Source: Setoptus koraiensis
Lineage: Eukaryota > Animalia > Arthropoda
Length of the DNA: 64,000 nucleotides
Direction: 5' to 3'
NCBI GenBank assembly: GCA_048013815.1
Contig: CM106585.1
Coordinates: forward strand, 21,266,001-21,330,000
Shown here: piece after piece, positions 24,299-38,846 of the stretch
How the letters are laid out: each line of letters starts with the position of its first letter
Numbering within the stretch: the first letter of the stretch is position 1
Notes under the pieces: model-generated
What the model was told of the DNA's origin: nothing
Seen by the model: only the letters and a program-made list of their open reading frames with translations
The model's database searches: none
Program-made: the position numbers and the translations under genes

Positions 24299-27200
24299 GT
24301 CGCATCTCAGCAAAAAGTGCGCGCGGGCATTGTTTTGCTGACGGAGCTTGTTAGGGGTCAGCGTTGTCTCGCGTCAAGACATTTCGCGGCGGATAATTGT
24401 TTGCTTCGGCCGACAAGACGGCCGAATGCGCCGAATGCGCCGACAGTCGGCCGAACGAACGACCAGCCAACTGACTCGAGTCGATATTGTGTGACGAGCA
24501 CCATGATGGACATTGTTTGATGCAAGCCATCGAGCATTGTATCAAATGTACGAATGTTGAAATCTGTGCCGCCGCTGCTGTCGGCCCACTGACTGGCTGT
24601 CAAAAGGTGCGCGCATACACAAATTGGCAACGAGTGGCCAGGTATGATGAGAATGAAAAGAATAGAGCGATGCGATCATTAATTATGTTCCAAACTTGAC
24701 AACTTGAACGGACAGCGAACCATATTTCAGCTTCGGTTCGCACATTCATACACGCAGAATGCGACGCGGAATATAAACAGAACGCGATGCGAGCGAGCCT
24801 GAGAGAATGCGCCACCATGCGTCGTGTATAATATGAGAGAGAGATTCGCGAGATTCGCGAGAGCACAACAGGAATGATAATGGAATAATCCGAGCCGCGC
24901 TGACCCATGCGCCCAGTGACGGCCGAATCCGTGCGCATCTGACTGCACCGACTGCATGAATGCGTCTACCGTCGGATCGGCGCTGTCCGCGGCCACGGTT
25001 ACGGTGCCAGCGCGGTCGAGCCGAGTGACGACGAAGCCCGGAGACGGCAACAAGCTTCGATTGTGAACTCACACCATGCAAGTGGCGCGCCGAAACGAGC
25101 GGCCGACACTTTGCTGGGGGCGCCCATCGATCTCACGCGAATAATACGCGAATAGTAATAATAACGATAAGTATTTGGCCACTCGGCCGTCGTCTGGACA
25201 TTCGCACATTCGGCCGTCTGGCCATTTGGATGTTTGGCTGTCTGTGGCTATCTGGATATTTGGATATTTCGGGCTATTCGGATATTTGGATAGTTCGGGC
25301 TATTTGGAACAGGGACGGGCAGTCTGGACGGGCGGATTACGGCTGGACATTTGATAGCGACACTCACGGGCAAACAGATGACAACAACAACAACAAGTTT
25401 ACCTGTGCGCATCGTGATAACATTGTGTGTTGTATCTGTGTGTGCAGCGTCATACCATCACGGGCATCATCGGCGAGCTAATCCGTTGCCAAATGGTCAA
25501 TTTTTGCAACTTATAATTTATAACTAGCCCAATGAGTGTGTTGGTCTAGTTTGGCCACAGCGCCTGATTAGCTGCTAGTGCAGCGGGCGCCACTAGTTAC
25601 CATTTGCCATCAGCTGGCAAGCTCGCAGGTAATCGCAAAGAGTCGTCAAGTGGTCAAACAGCCCAACAGCCCAACAGCCCAACAGCCCAATAGCCAAATA
25701 GCCAAACAGTCGAACAGCCAAATAGCCAAATGGCCGAATAGCCCCTAATAAGCAGCCTGCCAAACGGCCAAACGATGGAACAAGCAAACAAATAATCAGC
25801 TAGCGCACACGAAACAGGTATCATATGGGCTCATTAAGCATATCGGAGGCGCTCAATATTTAATTACATATATTACCTGCGTTGCGTAATATAATCAGTG
25901 CGGTGCGGTGCGCTTGCGACGCCAACTTGTCTTGATTGCTGAGCGAGACACTGAGATGCGGATGCTGACGCCGATGCAAATGGTTATGATTAATGATTGA
26001 GCTCATGGTCGTCGTCGTGAAAGGCGCTCGCAGCCGATATAGTTGATATGGTGATGCAGTTGATTCAGATGATAGAGCTGACGCAGTTGATATAGAGCGA
26101 GAGCAAGTTATTGACGACCATCTTGTTGTTGGTGTCTCTGGTTGCCAACTGATCGCATTAGTTGCATGTCACACACAAACTGATTGTAATCGTCACAAGT
26201 TAACATGATTAATATTGCCAATTTAGACCAAATAATCTCGCTGACCAACAACGACAATAACCAAAAACAGGCAACAACAACAGCGAGCGACTTGTGCGAT
26301 ACAAGTCGACGCTCACAATTGGCGCTATTATTAGCGATTGTCATTCAGCGCAATCTAGCCCCATCTAGCTCGTCATGTAACACGACAACTGTTAAGATCT
26401 CTGATTTAGAGCAAAGATAATGATAGATTGTCAGGCGCTGGCCGTGTTTGTGTGCCGTATAAATCACGCACGCTCGGCCCAAACAGATAACTGAGAGAGG
26501 CTGGGCGTCGCTGGGGCGACAAAAGTTGTTGCTGTCTCACTTTTCACTTTTGCTGCCATCGTCATGGTTTGGCATTCGCTGGCACACACATTTGCATGTC
26601 ATTTGCTGGTCAACAACGCCAGCAAATGACAACAACATTGCACACACACACAATTACATTGAATAACGGCAAACTACGGCAAAATAATCTCACAAACAAA
26701 TCACTATAACAATGTACAACAGTGTTACATAATACAACACGCCACACGTCAGACACCCGACAGACACAGATAACAACTAATGATACGCCAACGACGCCCC
26801 AACGATAGCGCCACTGATACAACTTGTATCAACGGCCCCTTCCGGCTGTCGGCGTATCGCTGGTGGCGGGCGCGCGATCGGTGCGCCACCAATGTGCGAT
26901 ATGCTCACATTATAGCGCACACGTTATAAACGCAACCATCATTATGGTCTCGAGACTCGCGACTAATTGATTGCGATTGGCTCTCCTGTCTGCGGCTGGC
27001 CGGTCGCGTTGGCGGCTGCTTGCGTTGGGGGCTGGTCGCGTTGGCGGCCCGTCGCGAGCCTCACGTTGGCGGGCCTCGCCATGGGTGTGCCTATAACGAC
27101 GACCGTACAACACCGGCCAAAACAAACAATGTGTGCGTCTATGGGACCTATAAGAAGCGTGACAGGGCCAGACGTTTGATTGACGTTGACGAGTCGGCCG

Positions 27201-29410
27201 TGCCATTATAGGCGCCAGTGCGGTGGGCATGGCGAAATATTGAAAGCGAACCAGCGAAATAGTCCAATCAATCATGGCGAATCAACTGGGCCGCTTGTTG
27301 CAGCGCTCGCCGAGTGAATAATGATGTAGCCGGCATGTAAATGGAATGATGGCCACGCCAGATAACTCGATAATAATGATGATAATAATGATGGCCCACG
27401 CTCGTTGGCTCGTTGGCTCGCCGGCCAGGTAGTGGTTTGATAGACGAATTAGTGGCTTGTCTCTGGTCGCAAGCGAAGGCATCACACGAGAGTAGACAAC
27501 TCTTAGGTCTACTTAATCAAATTGCCCGTCTGCGTTTGTGTGTGCGCAACATGTCGGGCCGCACCGCCGGATAATCGTCATGCCGAGCACCGCGATCATG
27601 ACGCCGGCTATCATGGCGGCGAGCATGGTTGCCCACTCAGTGGGCCGCTATCATGCTATCGTGCTACCATGCTACCATGCTGCCATGCTGCCGTGCTATC
27701 ATGATATCAGGCCGTATCACGGCCAGCGAACGCAGCGAGCGAGATTACGAAAAAACGAAACGAAATGATTTGATGGAAGAGAGAGAGAGAGAGATGAATA
27801 ATAAGACAAGAGTGAAAAATTGCCCCTCATAGTTCGTGCTCATTTTCGCATCATTCAATCATCAATCAATGCGACAGGTAAGAGGGCGGCGGGCACCTCC
27901 CCCGGCCGGCTGGGCAGCTTGTTTCTATAGCTGGGCAGCGCTTGTTTCCATAGCTGGGCAGCGCTTGTTTCTATAGGATCGCTAGAATAGCTCGTTGTGG
28001 GCCGCGGACAGCGCGGCCGGCGCGGGACAGCCAACAATGATTGACTGACTTTCGGCCGGCATCATTAGCAGCTCCGTCTGTCCGGCGCGCAGTTTTTAGC
28101 TGAGCCGAGCTTTTGGCTTTTGGCTTTTGGAAGCGACTTGCGGCGCAACGGCGGCCAACGTGACGCCGCTTAATTAAACAACAGGGCCGACTTTGCATGT
28201 TGCGTATATTCACATTGATGCAAGTATATACATTGCAAGTATTTGTCTGTTGGCACAATGCGAGTCGCATTATGCGACTCGCGCTCCCGTCGCAACGAAG
28301 CGACACCTGGTGTGGCCGGCACGCCAAATGATTAAATTTGAACTGGGCAACTCGAAAATTGAAGAATTGAAAATTGAGATGAGCGAACGTTTGAGTTCGG
28401 CCCGACGTCCGACGTTCGACGGCCCGACTGGCGGCCTGATTTATTGAGGCGCGTCTCGTTTGAATTATGCTGACTGCGCCGACGATCGATTGGGGCCCCC
28501 TTGCGTTGGCAAGGTGCGCGTCGCGGGCCAACGCAAATACCTGGCCGACGGATTGACTGGCCGACGGCATACACACACAATCCATGCGTGAATATATATA
28601 AATGCATGAATATATAGGGCGAGTCGCAAATCAAGTCGCCCTATGAGCCGGCGCCAAGTGAGCGAATAAATATAGAGATTATAGAAAATGGCCGAGTTGC
28701 AATAATGGGGCTGCATGCGGAGCGCGGCAAATAAATTTATAAATATGATTTGTTGCGCCCCGCTCATGATTGATGCCTGGCAGTGCCCGCTCGAGATACC
28801 TTTGGCCAACGGCGCGCCGCCAGCAAAAGCCGGCCGAGCTGACGGCTGTAAATCATGTTTCATTTCGTCTGTCACGAGCATAAATATAAATATATATGAA
28901 TTGTCGTTGTTGGCGCTTCCTCGGCGCTTCTCACCTTGGCCGTGGCACGCTGGCGCAGTGACAAGCGCCAGCGCAGTCAGCGGCGGCAGCATAAGTCAAT
29001 ATCATACAGGCAGCCCCACTGAGGCATAATGGCGCTAGCGCCCGCTAAAATGGCAGCGCCATGATGGACGATTCATGAGTTATGGCACCTATAGTTTTGG
29101 GGCTGTCGTGCCGCGGCGCCAGTACGCGACACAATACATGCAATGCAAACAGTAAGCGAGCGAGCGGGCAAGAGCTGCGATCCATACGACACACGAGCCG
29201 CGGGCCGCAACAATATGCGCCCGGCGCGACAACCAATCACGTCCTGTCAATGCCTTACGTACGTGCCCCGCCGGCCCACCCCCAATACGGGCCTGCCTCC
29301 GTCCATGTCGGCGGCGCGAAGCTGCGCGCGCCAAGCGTGTGCGTGCCTCCCTCGGCCGGCCGCCGGCCCAACTTGCGTCGGCCGTTGGGGCGCCAAAAGT
29401 TGCGACTTGG

Positions 29411-29493
29411 GGGCGCACGGTTTATGGGCGCACGGTTTGTGGGCGCACGGTTTACGGGCGAAGGGTTTACAGCGCACGGTTTATGGCGCACGG
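29411..29493. repeat. 15-bp tandem array (GGGCGCACGGTTTA[T/C]) x~5.5
   Basis: Read directly. Confidence 0.88.
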
Positions 29494-31149
29494 CCCAGAT
29501 AGGCGCACATCAAACGGGATGACAGCTAAAAATGGTGGCAATAAATATAAAATTAATGTCACACTCGCTGGATATTTAACTCGTCGCACACCCAGCGCCG
29601 CCCAGACATTTGAGGGGCCCGCTATAGGTCAGCGGCCGGCTGCCTGTTCGGCAGTCGCGCTGCTCTCTCAACTGTGACACCGGCCTCACGCCCGCCCATT
29701 GTTGTGGCGGCAGCGCCCCCTGGCGCCGGCGCGAGCCCCACCGAGAGTGAGTGCCGACGAGCGCCGACGGGCCCCGACGAGCGGCCCGTCGGCCGCTCGA
29801 CAACAGCGACGATGGCACGATTTATGCCGCTAATGGCCGACAATGTGTGTGACCGTGACAGATGAAAATAATGAACATGATCACGCTGTTGTGTTGTCGT
29901 CGGCGCGCGTTGTTGTTGCCGCTAAAAATCAACCAATGATAATTCGAGCCAATAAGGCTTCGCCTGGCCGGGGGGTGTCACCGCGGCCAGGCACAGATTT
30001 GATTTCTATAATGGAGATAGCTCGCTGCGGCGCGCTGACTTGTGGCGCTATGGCCGCAACGTGCTCATTACGGCCACCATTTGCGACACACACACACACA
30101 CAAATGCGCGCCACTCAAACACGTTGCAGCGGCACAACTTGATCCCGTGTCGTGCGCTATGCGCCAATGTTGCGCTATGCGCCAGCGTTGTGCGCTATGT
30201 GCCAGCGTATGCGTGCCAGCCAGCGATTTCCGATCGGCGGGGCCCCAGTCGCGACGCAACAGCAACAACAGTCGTCAACGGCGGCATCAACATCGACATC
30301 AACAATCAACATCACGGCCGTCGTCATCGGCGGCAGCATGTTAGCAGTCAATGGACAGTTGTTGTTGCTGTTGCAATAATTCATAATAATAGTAATAATA
30401 ATAATTTTGCGAATATTCTCCGCTCGCTGTGTCGCTCTCTGGGTCGCTCTCTGAATCGCATGCGACGCGCCAGACGCGCCTATTGTCTCTGGGAGTCACT
30501 CATGGTGCGCCAGTCCGTGGGTAATAGCGACCTCGCGCTCTAATCATAGCCTCATGCCATATGTGCTCGGCTCGGGTCGCCGTGATGGGTGCCACCACTT
30601 TGCTGGCTGGCTTTGTGTCGCGCAGCGTTTGCTAGGGGCGGTCATCAGTGCGGCCAGTTGAACACATCCAGTTAACTTGTCCATGAATGATTTGTATGTT
30701 TTCTCAGTGTGTATTTGTTGCGGTATCATCAACAGTAATAATGATAATTTATTATCCTTTCTTCTTTTGCTTCTTCATCATCTTTCTTCTTTGTCGGGCC
30801 CCTTTCTCTCGGTCGCCCCACTGGCTCCTCCCAAGGCTCCCAAGGCCTGTTAGCTGTTGTGTCGATTCGCCATGCCGAAAATCAACATCATGTGTGATGT
30901 CATATGCACGCATACCACATGAGCAGCTAACAAACGACAGCCAGCACGAACATGTAGCGGCCATTTTTCACTCGTGCGACACAACTTTATACATATGAGC
31001 GATATAGTATATATCTGATATAATCTAAATGGTTAGTTTGGTGGTGGTCGTCGTCGTTGTAACGCTCGTTGGCGCTTTGGTTGGCGCTGCTGTCGCTGCT
31101 GCTGCTGCTGCTGTTGTTGTCGTGTGCGTATATGCAGGCCAACAATCAT

Positions 31150-31183
31150 TCAGTCGGCTCTCGCTGGTGGCTCTGACTGGATG
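31150..31183 (+). promoter_or_regulatory. Inr + DPE core-promoter match with no annotated downstream gene
   Basis: TCAGTC at 31150-31155 (A+1 = 31152), G at +24 (31175) and GGATG (RGWYV) exactly at +28..+32 (31179-31183). Confidence 0.3.
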
Positions 31184-32604
31184 TAACAGCCACCAGCAGC
31201 AGTGAGGCCGCTCCAAAGCGTCTGTAAATTAAGACGACAGAGCGCTGGTTCTGGCATCATGAGTGACTGATACACAGCGAGAGAGCTAACAAACCAAAGA
31301 CCGACAGCCAGAGCGAGAGTTGTTCTCATCCATAAATCAAATCATCATTATGAATTCCAACTCCATTGTTCTCGCTTTGTTTCTCACTGAAACTTGTTAT
31401 TGATGGTTAAACTCTCACGCAGACTCCAACATCGTCAATCAAATGTCAAAAAATTATGTTCTTGTCGGGACTTGTGTGCCCTTAAAAGGTCTCTCTGTTG
31501 GCTGCTGGTGCTGCCGCCGCCGATTTGAGCCCTCGAGGAGGTAGCGGCCATTTTCACAAATTGCACTGTGCTGCATCAGCAGCAGCGGCAGCGGCTGCAT
31601 CAGTTGGCCAGTGCCAGCGATGCGGCCAAAGCCAACCAAAAGTTACGTAATGCAGTGCCGTGCAATCTCACTAGTTGAGCTCTCACAAGTTGTTAGCTCG
31701 GCGAGTTTGGGAGTTTTGAAAATGGCGCTCCAACTTTTTTAGCACGTGTTGCGCATTCGAAGGGCGCACCAGAAAGCCATGTAACCGGACCGAATTGTGA
31801 TCCAGTGACCTGCATCAGTGCACTATAACAGCCAGCAGCGGCGCACTGTGGTGCCGCGCCATATAGAAGATAGCGGCGGTGGGAATCTCGCTAAGAATTT
31901 GGGGACAATTAATTTTAGTCGTGGAAAATTTACATATACGAGAGCCAAGAATTGATGATACATGTCAGAGGAATAAATCAATAAATTGACGTTATCTACA
32001 CAGATAAACATCGTGCACACAAATACACCGAGAGCGACCGTGAGTCGTCATTGTATCGACGTTCTACATTGGCGACAACAAGCAACGACCGACAACAGTT
32101 GGATAAAATGATGAATAGCTGATCCGCGCGGAATTGGTCCATTTCTGTTTTCAGTTGTCCTGTGTCGTTTTTTGTCAAGTTTACTTAATCATCATCACCA
32201 TCGTGGTGCGTGAGGAAGTGAAATGCAGAGACAGTCGGACAGGCTGACAGAAGAAAGAATATGCAAGACGAAGCCAGCAGTATACGAATGGAGGATGACG
32301 AACCAAACGAGTGTGGCAAATATAGCAACTATCGGGCAACAACAACGACGAGATCCAGAAATGTAGAAATACACAGATACACAATCTATTTCCACTCCAC
32401 CTAGTGTGTGTGTGTGTGCCAATGGTTGACAATGTAATTAATCATCTCTTTCTATTTTCACCTTGAGACTTGGTATGGGTCCAATTCAGCGTGCACAATT
32501 GCAACCGATGGACGACAGAAATAAGTCGACGACAAACCAAATCTATCCGCCTGCCACTAAAAGCTGACGACCATAATTTTTGACTGACATCCAACTGACA
32601 CAGG

Positions 32605-32696
32605 CCGAACCGAATGGAACCAAATGGAACCGAATGGAACCAAATGGAACCGAACGAAACCGAACGGAGCCGAATGGAACCGAATGGAACCGAAAC
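32605..32696. repeat. 10-bp tandem array (C[G/A]AATGGAAC) x~8.5
   Basis: Read directly. Confidence 0.9.
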
Positions 32697-35600
32697 GCAC
32701 ACACAGCAGTGTTGCCCAAACCAACAATCTGACAAACTACAGTCAACCGCAGCAAAGCTGCCACTAATGAATAATGGTGCTAGCTGTCTCAACTTGAACA
32801 CCGGCGACCATACAAACAGAGACACTGTTGTTTTCTGTTGGCTGTTGTTGGAACACACACACGCACACATACTGACATGCCCTGAAACGGGCCAAAGAGC
32901 CGGGCAATAAATATGTACGCATGATGAAATTCGTACTTGTTGCGATTGTCGTTGGTCCCCAATGTTTTCCCCACAAACAGAGATTCTATATCCCAGAGAC
33001 TCCACGAGTGTCTGATCATCAGAGTGCAATTGTGACATTTTCACCCCCAATCAATCGATCAGGCATTCTGATTCAAGAAGTTTGACACGACCGTCGTACA
33101 ACAAGCCCGATTCAGTAGTTTATAATAATGAACAACTTTAAACAAAGGCCAGAGCGAGTTGCGGGTTCCAACTAGGCAAGCATTGTTAGCCACGGGTCGC
33201 TGGGACGCGCGCATCTCATTTTGATTGCCAGTCATATAATTGGCGGACGCAGTGCAATCTCGCCAAGACATGACAATGGGACTGCTTTATAATGCTCAAA
33301 TGATTGATTTGGGATAATCATTCATTCACAATTAGTGATATAACCGCATATATGGTGTGTGAGTTTGATCTTTCTCTCCGCCAGGCTGACTACCGTGTCA
33401 AGAGAACAAGGCCTTTTTTTGGTGGCCAGCATCTTATTGATCGCTCTAAACTGTAATGCAAGAAGAAATACGTGCGACTGAAGGCACCTGTTTGTTTGGC
33501 ATATGGGGTGGGGATAAAAAGAAGACACTACAGGTTTTTTTTCTGCAAATGCATATCGTGCTGCTGCGGCTGCCGGCAAACATTAGCAAACAATTCCACA
33601 AAATGAACAATGCAACATAGTGAAATTGGCCAGTGCAGACGATTCACAGTTTGTCGAAATATGTAAATCTAGATCCATCATCATCCGATAAACGTATGGA
33701 CGAAAGAAATAAACTGAGAAAGGGCGATAAAGAAACATGATTTATCATTGCTTAGTTTAGCTGGGATAGTTCCAACACGGGCACACATTTAAGTCATAAA
33801 TTCCAGCATCGAGATTGATGGTTGTTTGACAGTTGATCAATTGACGATTGATTGACCACTGGGGCAACCAAGGGGACCGGCCGTACCAATGAAAGATGGA
33901 TCTCTTTTTTGGTTGGTCCAGCGCGCACACATTAAACACAATGAATAATGTGCGATCATCAACAAACAACAACGTTCAACATAGTGAACATCGAGCACCA
34001 CCAGTAGGTGTAAGACTGAATAAACACAATGAGATGGGAAGGTATAAAAAGCGCATGCAAGCAATAAGAGGCAAAAAACCTTGACATTTGGTCTAGCAGC
34101 TCTTTAATCGTTTTCAGCAAAATGATTAATTGATTGATAGTTGCCAAAGTTAGCCTCAAAGTTTGCTCTCAATAGTTTTCGACCATTAGTCAGTTAGTGG
34201 TTGGTTGGTAGGCAGACGGTCAGTCAGTCAGTCAATCGGCCAGACAGATCAGTTTGGTTGTTTTTGGTGGTGAGCAGGAAGAAGGAATGCAGTATGAGAG
34301 AAAAACAACAATAGTTGAAATAGCAGTAGTATGATAGTTGCTGCAAAGGAATACACACTTCTCAGAATGTGACCTACCGAAATCATACTACCACCGATAC
34401 TGCAGCATTCTTTTCCAATCAAATCAATCAAGATCAAAAACTACTTGTTCGTGCGCTTTCTGAAGGAAAAAAAAGCAAGAAGAACCAACAGAAACACCTC
34501 TGCTAAGCTAGTTGGATTTTACTGAGAGCACCCTCGTCATTTACTCATTTAACCTTAACTGGACCATTGTTTCAGAATTGATATTCGACAAATGGACACT
34601 AAGTGCAATGTTTACACGCTACGAGTCGATGAAAAATCCAAGCTATTCTTCCATTCACCCGTCGACACATATATTCTAGGTGTAAACACACAATTTTGTT
34701 ACATATAGTATTGTTCTTGGTTCTAGTGGCGGTGTCGAAGCGATAATGACAATGACGTTGAAAGTGTAAAATCATCATCAGTGACAATCATCAATCAGGC
34801 GATTATGATCATCAGCATTATGATCAGGAAATGAGCGAGAGAGACAGAGATAGGATAAAATTTGGCGCGTTGTAGTGCGATTTATCATTAGCAAAAGAAG
34901 ATAATAGTCATTAATGGTCACGAACGAGGCTCGTCGAGCCTCTCGTTTTCTCTCGGGTGTGTGCTGCAGCTTTATCATTGACGAGTTATAGGATGGTATT
35001 ACGTTTGGTGTGAGAGAGTTTTATTGTTCTTGATAAATCATGCGATGACACGCATTTATGCAAACAACAAAAACTTTACAGAGGATAGAAAAATTTTAGT
35101 GGGGAGAGAGAGAGAGAGAAAATGGACAGGGGCACAGCAAAATGAAGAAAATAATGACTGATAAACGATACTAAAGCCACTATGTACCAGTGGTAGGTTT
35201 CTGTCGTAGTGTAAGCCAAGCCCACCAGTGTGTTTTTGTGTACTATAGCGCTATTTGCGACTGTGAAAAAGATTATACTACTGAGATTTCTCTAATCTCT
35301 TGGTTAAATCATATAGTAGTTATATCGCCTTGGTTTATTATTGCCACTCACTTTGAAACATACACCCAACAACTTATACTTTTTGTATTTTCATCTTTCA
35401 GGCTCGTGCCAAACAAAGCCTGTCTCTCACTTTTCATGACTTATGATTAATATTTTTCACGTTTTACGTAAGAACTCAGCTAAAGCTACTACCGGCTCAC
35501 ATCCATGGACACATTCATCCCGTTATAAGAGGAGGAGGGTGGGAGAGAGGGAGGGATAACTGTGATCTGCTAGATAGCGCATAGAATAATCATAATAATA

Positions 35601-38600
35601 TCCGTCTATATATTATCAATTTTCTCTTTCTCTCTTGCGCCTCGTTAGAGAGTGTATGTAGAGAGCAGTTAGCAGGCAGTTTAAACAACTGGCTCACTTG
35701 CGACAACAGCTATCAGCCAGCCAGACAGCCAGCCAAACAATCTATCTTGTTAGAAATCATCTCTTTCTCACTGTATACTTAGTACTGAGAAGGGGTGAGG
35801 GTGATTCGTTAAAATTTTAAAAAGTCAAAAAGGAAGAAGATACTAAGCCAACAATAGCCACCAGAGCGATAATCATTTATTGTTTATCTCTCACATACAT
35901 TTGGCATTGTTTAGAGGCGCCGTTGGAATAAAACTATATCATCATCAATGACGAATGCGATGCAAGCTCAGCTATTTACACCAGTTGTGCATAGATCCGT
36001 GAAATGTGTTTGTGACTATGCCAGAGTGTCCGCAGTGGGGCTTTCATTCATTTCATTTTCATTTCTCTCTTTTTATCCTTATCTCTCGCATTAGCGTTGA
36101 TAATAGTGTTTGAAGCGCGAACAGCAACGCTATTATTAGACGATACGATTGATGACTGGCGCTTGTCGTCAATGTATCCTCTTGGAAAGATCCCAATGTC
36201 ATTTTGTATCATTGTATAATAAGTGACTTTGCATGGGCCTGCTGATACTGAAGCTCATCATGAGCGTCATTGTCACGGTGCCTTGGCTATAAATGATTAT
36301 TATGCTTGCTGGGAGGAATAAGACCCAAATATTCATCTATCATAATGATCAATGGTTTATTGAGGAAATGCACACACGCACCAACAGACGACAACCGGCG
36401 AAGCTGGCGAAGGAGAGAATAATAACAATAACCAATATCGCACCGCTATGGCACAACTTGCGAAAGGTGTGAATCGAGTGTCTGATTCTGGCATACTAAC
36501 TATCATCAATGTAGACTCCTCTCTCTCTCTCTCTCCCGCTCTTTCACCGCTTTAACAGGTAGACAGAGCTCGGCCTGCGATAACGAGATTGAGAAAGAAA
36601 GGGACGCAATTTTCATTATCATTAACGCCGTTGCTGTGGCTCCAACATTTCGCTACTTTGTGTCGAGATAATAATAATAACTGTGCATCAGATAATGGTG
36701 ACATACTGTAGGTGTAAATTCTGTATTCGTTGTGGCTTTTCTCTATTACGTGTTATTTATCCACACAAATAAATCGTGGCGCCATCTAGGATGAAAGAAA
36801 GTGCCAGCGCTGACTGGTGTGATATCAGTGAGAGTGTTGTTGCCGGATTGACTGCTTCAACAGGGGCAGTTATTATTATTCAATCAACTCTTCAATTGCT
36901 CCATTGCTCTCAAAATGAAAACTCCAAATGCTGGTATCGGCGGCGAAAAAGTTTACAGGATCCAACATGGGTTTGGTGGTATCAAAAGTGAGTTGAAAGT
37001 GTGTGTGTTGCCATTTGAAATTACTTATGTGATAGTGGTGGTCATAAATAATCTAATGTAACCATAGATAGATCACTTTGCTCTGATGGTTATATATGAT
37101 ATGACGTGTGACATTATGATACACTGTACGTGTTCAATGTAGGCGTGCGTTTACATTTATAAGCGTATATTTGTACCGTAGAAAGGTGTGTCTGTCTGGA
37201 TATGTCTGTCGGTGTGTATCAATTTTAGCCCGCTCTAATTCGGACTGACATCTGAGACAGTGAGATAAATCTAGCAAGCTGTCGCAGTGGCTGGCGTAGC
37301 AGTGTTACGTCACATTAGATAGTACTAGATGGCTAGCATCGCTCAGTCAGTTCTCCATCTTGATTAGGTAGAGAGAGAGAGAGAGTGGCACAACTAACTT
37401 ATTGGCCTAACCTAAAGTGACGCGCCCCTTACCGCGTCCTTATCAAGTCTCTCGCTCTCTGTCTTGCTCTCTCTCTCTCTCGCTCTCTCTTTCGCTTTCT
37501 GTCTCGTGTCAAAGTCTATCCAAGTGACAAATTAGCATCAATAGATGCTTGAGGATACCTTGCACCAGCGCCAGTCACTGTGGCTGGTTCAATATAATAA
37601 ATCTGGTGGTTCTAATCAACATCATGAATGGTCATATAGCACCACATACAATGGTGCTGGCCCAGAGAGCGAGTGAGAGAGCGAGTGAGAGTGGCTCACA
37701 ATTTTGACATTGTGTCAAATAAAGCTAAGCTACAAACGATTGCTGGGCACCGTGGCCAACTGAGTGCCACTGTGACTGTGCGACAATGGCGCACCCAGAC
37801 GCGGACAAAAACAAATCGTTTTGTTGCTGTTGTTCACCGCCTACTAATACCGACAATCTACTAGACTAGTGGTCTCAGTGAGTCTGGTAGCGAGTAGTCG
37901 AGTGGCGGTTCCACTAGCGGCTCTAGTAGTGAGAGTGTGGCCACGACGACAACAACGACGACAGTTGCGTAAGATGAACAAGTGAGTAATTGCGTCACAA
38001 GCCTCATGATGATGAGATTTACGTCACTAGACACAAGAGTGGAAGTGACAATTGGTTGAATCTTAATCTTGCTAGCGTGATCTTGTTGCTGACTGCTAAC
38101 TGTGACTGTTATAACTGTGACTGTAACAGTAACTGTCGCTGGTTTGTCTACTGCTGGCTGGTTTGTTGTGCAACTATTTGCTGCAACTGCGTTTCTGGCT
38201 GCTGCTGCTGGCAGGCGAGCAGTTAGCTGCGTCAAGTCGATGCAGCATCATCTGTCACCATAAATGACACTCTTGCCACTCAATCTGACTTGATGGTGGT
38301 TAATGATGTTTGACATTAAGAGCAACAACAGAGTGCCAGTCGCTAGAATTGCCACTGATTGTGTTTATCATGTCCGTTACTTTTATCATGGCCGTTGCTG
38401 CCCACAAACAAACAGACAGTCGGACAAACTCACAGACTCACAAACTCACAAACTCACAGACTGGCAGCCAGAAAACTCACAAACTAGCAGCCAGCAGCCA
38501 GCAAACGGACCGACCGACTCACAAAAGTCTGACTGACAGCCGAGGGCCGAACGAAAGCACAAAAAACAAACGCTAACTCAACTAGACAACCCGAGGTGCT

Positions 38601-38846
38601 GCCACCTATTGGTAGTTTGCATTGGTGCTCGCCGTACAGTCGTACAGTGGACTCTACTGACTGTGAGTGTAGCCGGCTGTGTGAACTGGGGCCCAAACAA
38701 TGACGCAATAGTCATTAGTTTGACGGGCCAGTTGGGGCAATTGTTGTTGACTTTTGTCGAATTTGCTCCAACTGTCCGCTGTCCGCTGGCTGCTGGTATG
38801 TATGTTAATGTCAGCATAAATCCATCAATATAAGTGTACAGTGGCA

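Larger units (their letters stand above)
28685..31728. promoter_or_regulatory. Cluster of Pho/YY1-like motifs (AAAATGGC / GCCATTTT); candidate Polycomb response element
   Basis: AAAATGGCCG at 28685, AAAATGGCAG at 29047, GTAGCGGCCATTTTTCAC at 30954-30971, GTAGCGGCCATTTTCAC at 31541-31557 and AAAATGGCGC at 31719. Confidence 0.35.

Noticed and set aside
27971-28992. 204-aa and 175-aa minus-strand ORFs
   Set aside because: They overlap in different frames, have no domain motifs or coding-like composition, and are typical of GC-rich non-coding DNA.
32605-32696. GAA-periodic array as a heat-shock element
   Set aside because: The nGAAn units are all in direct orientation, whereas an HSE needs alternating inverted units.
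37861-38235. Minus ORF containing PLDYS as a distal tsh exon supplying a CtBP motif
   Set aside because: It lies 26 kb from tsh exon 1, ends in a stop with no convincing donor, and is otherwise repeat-like.
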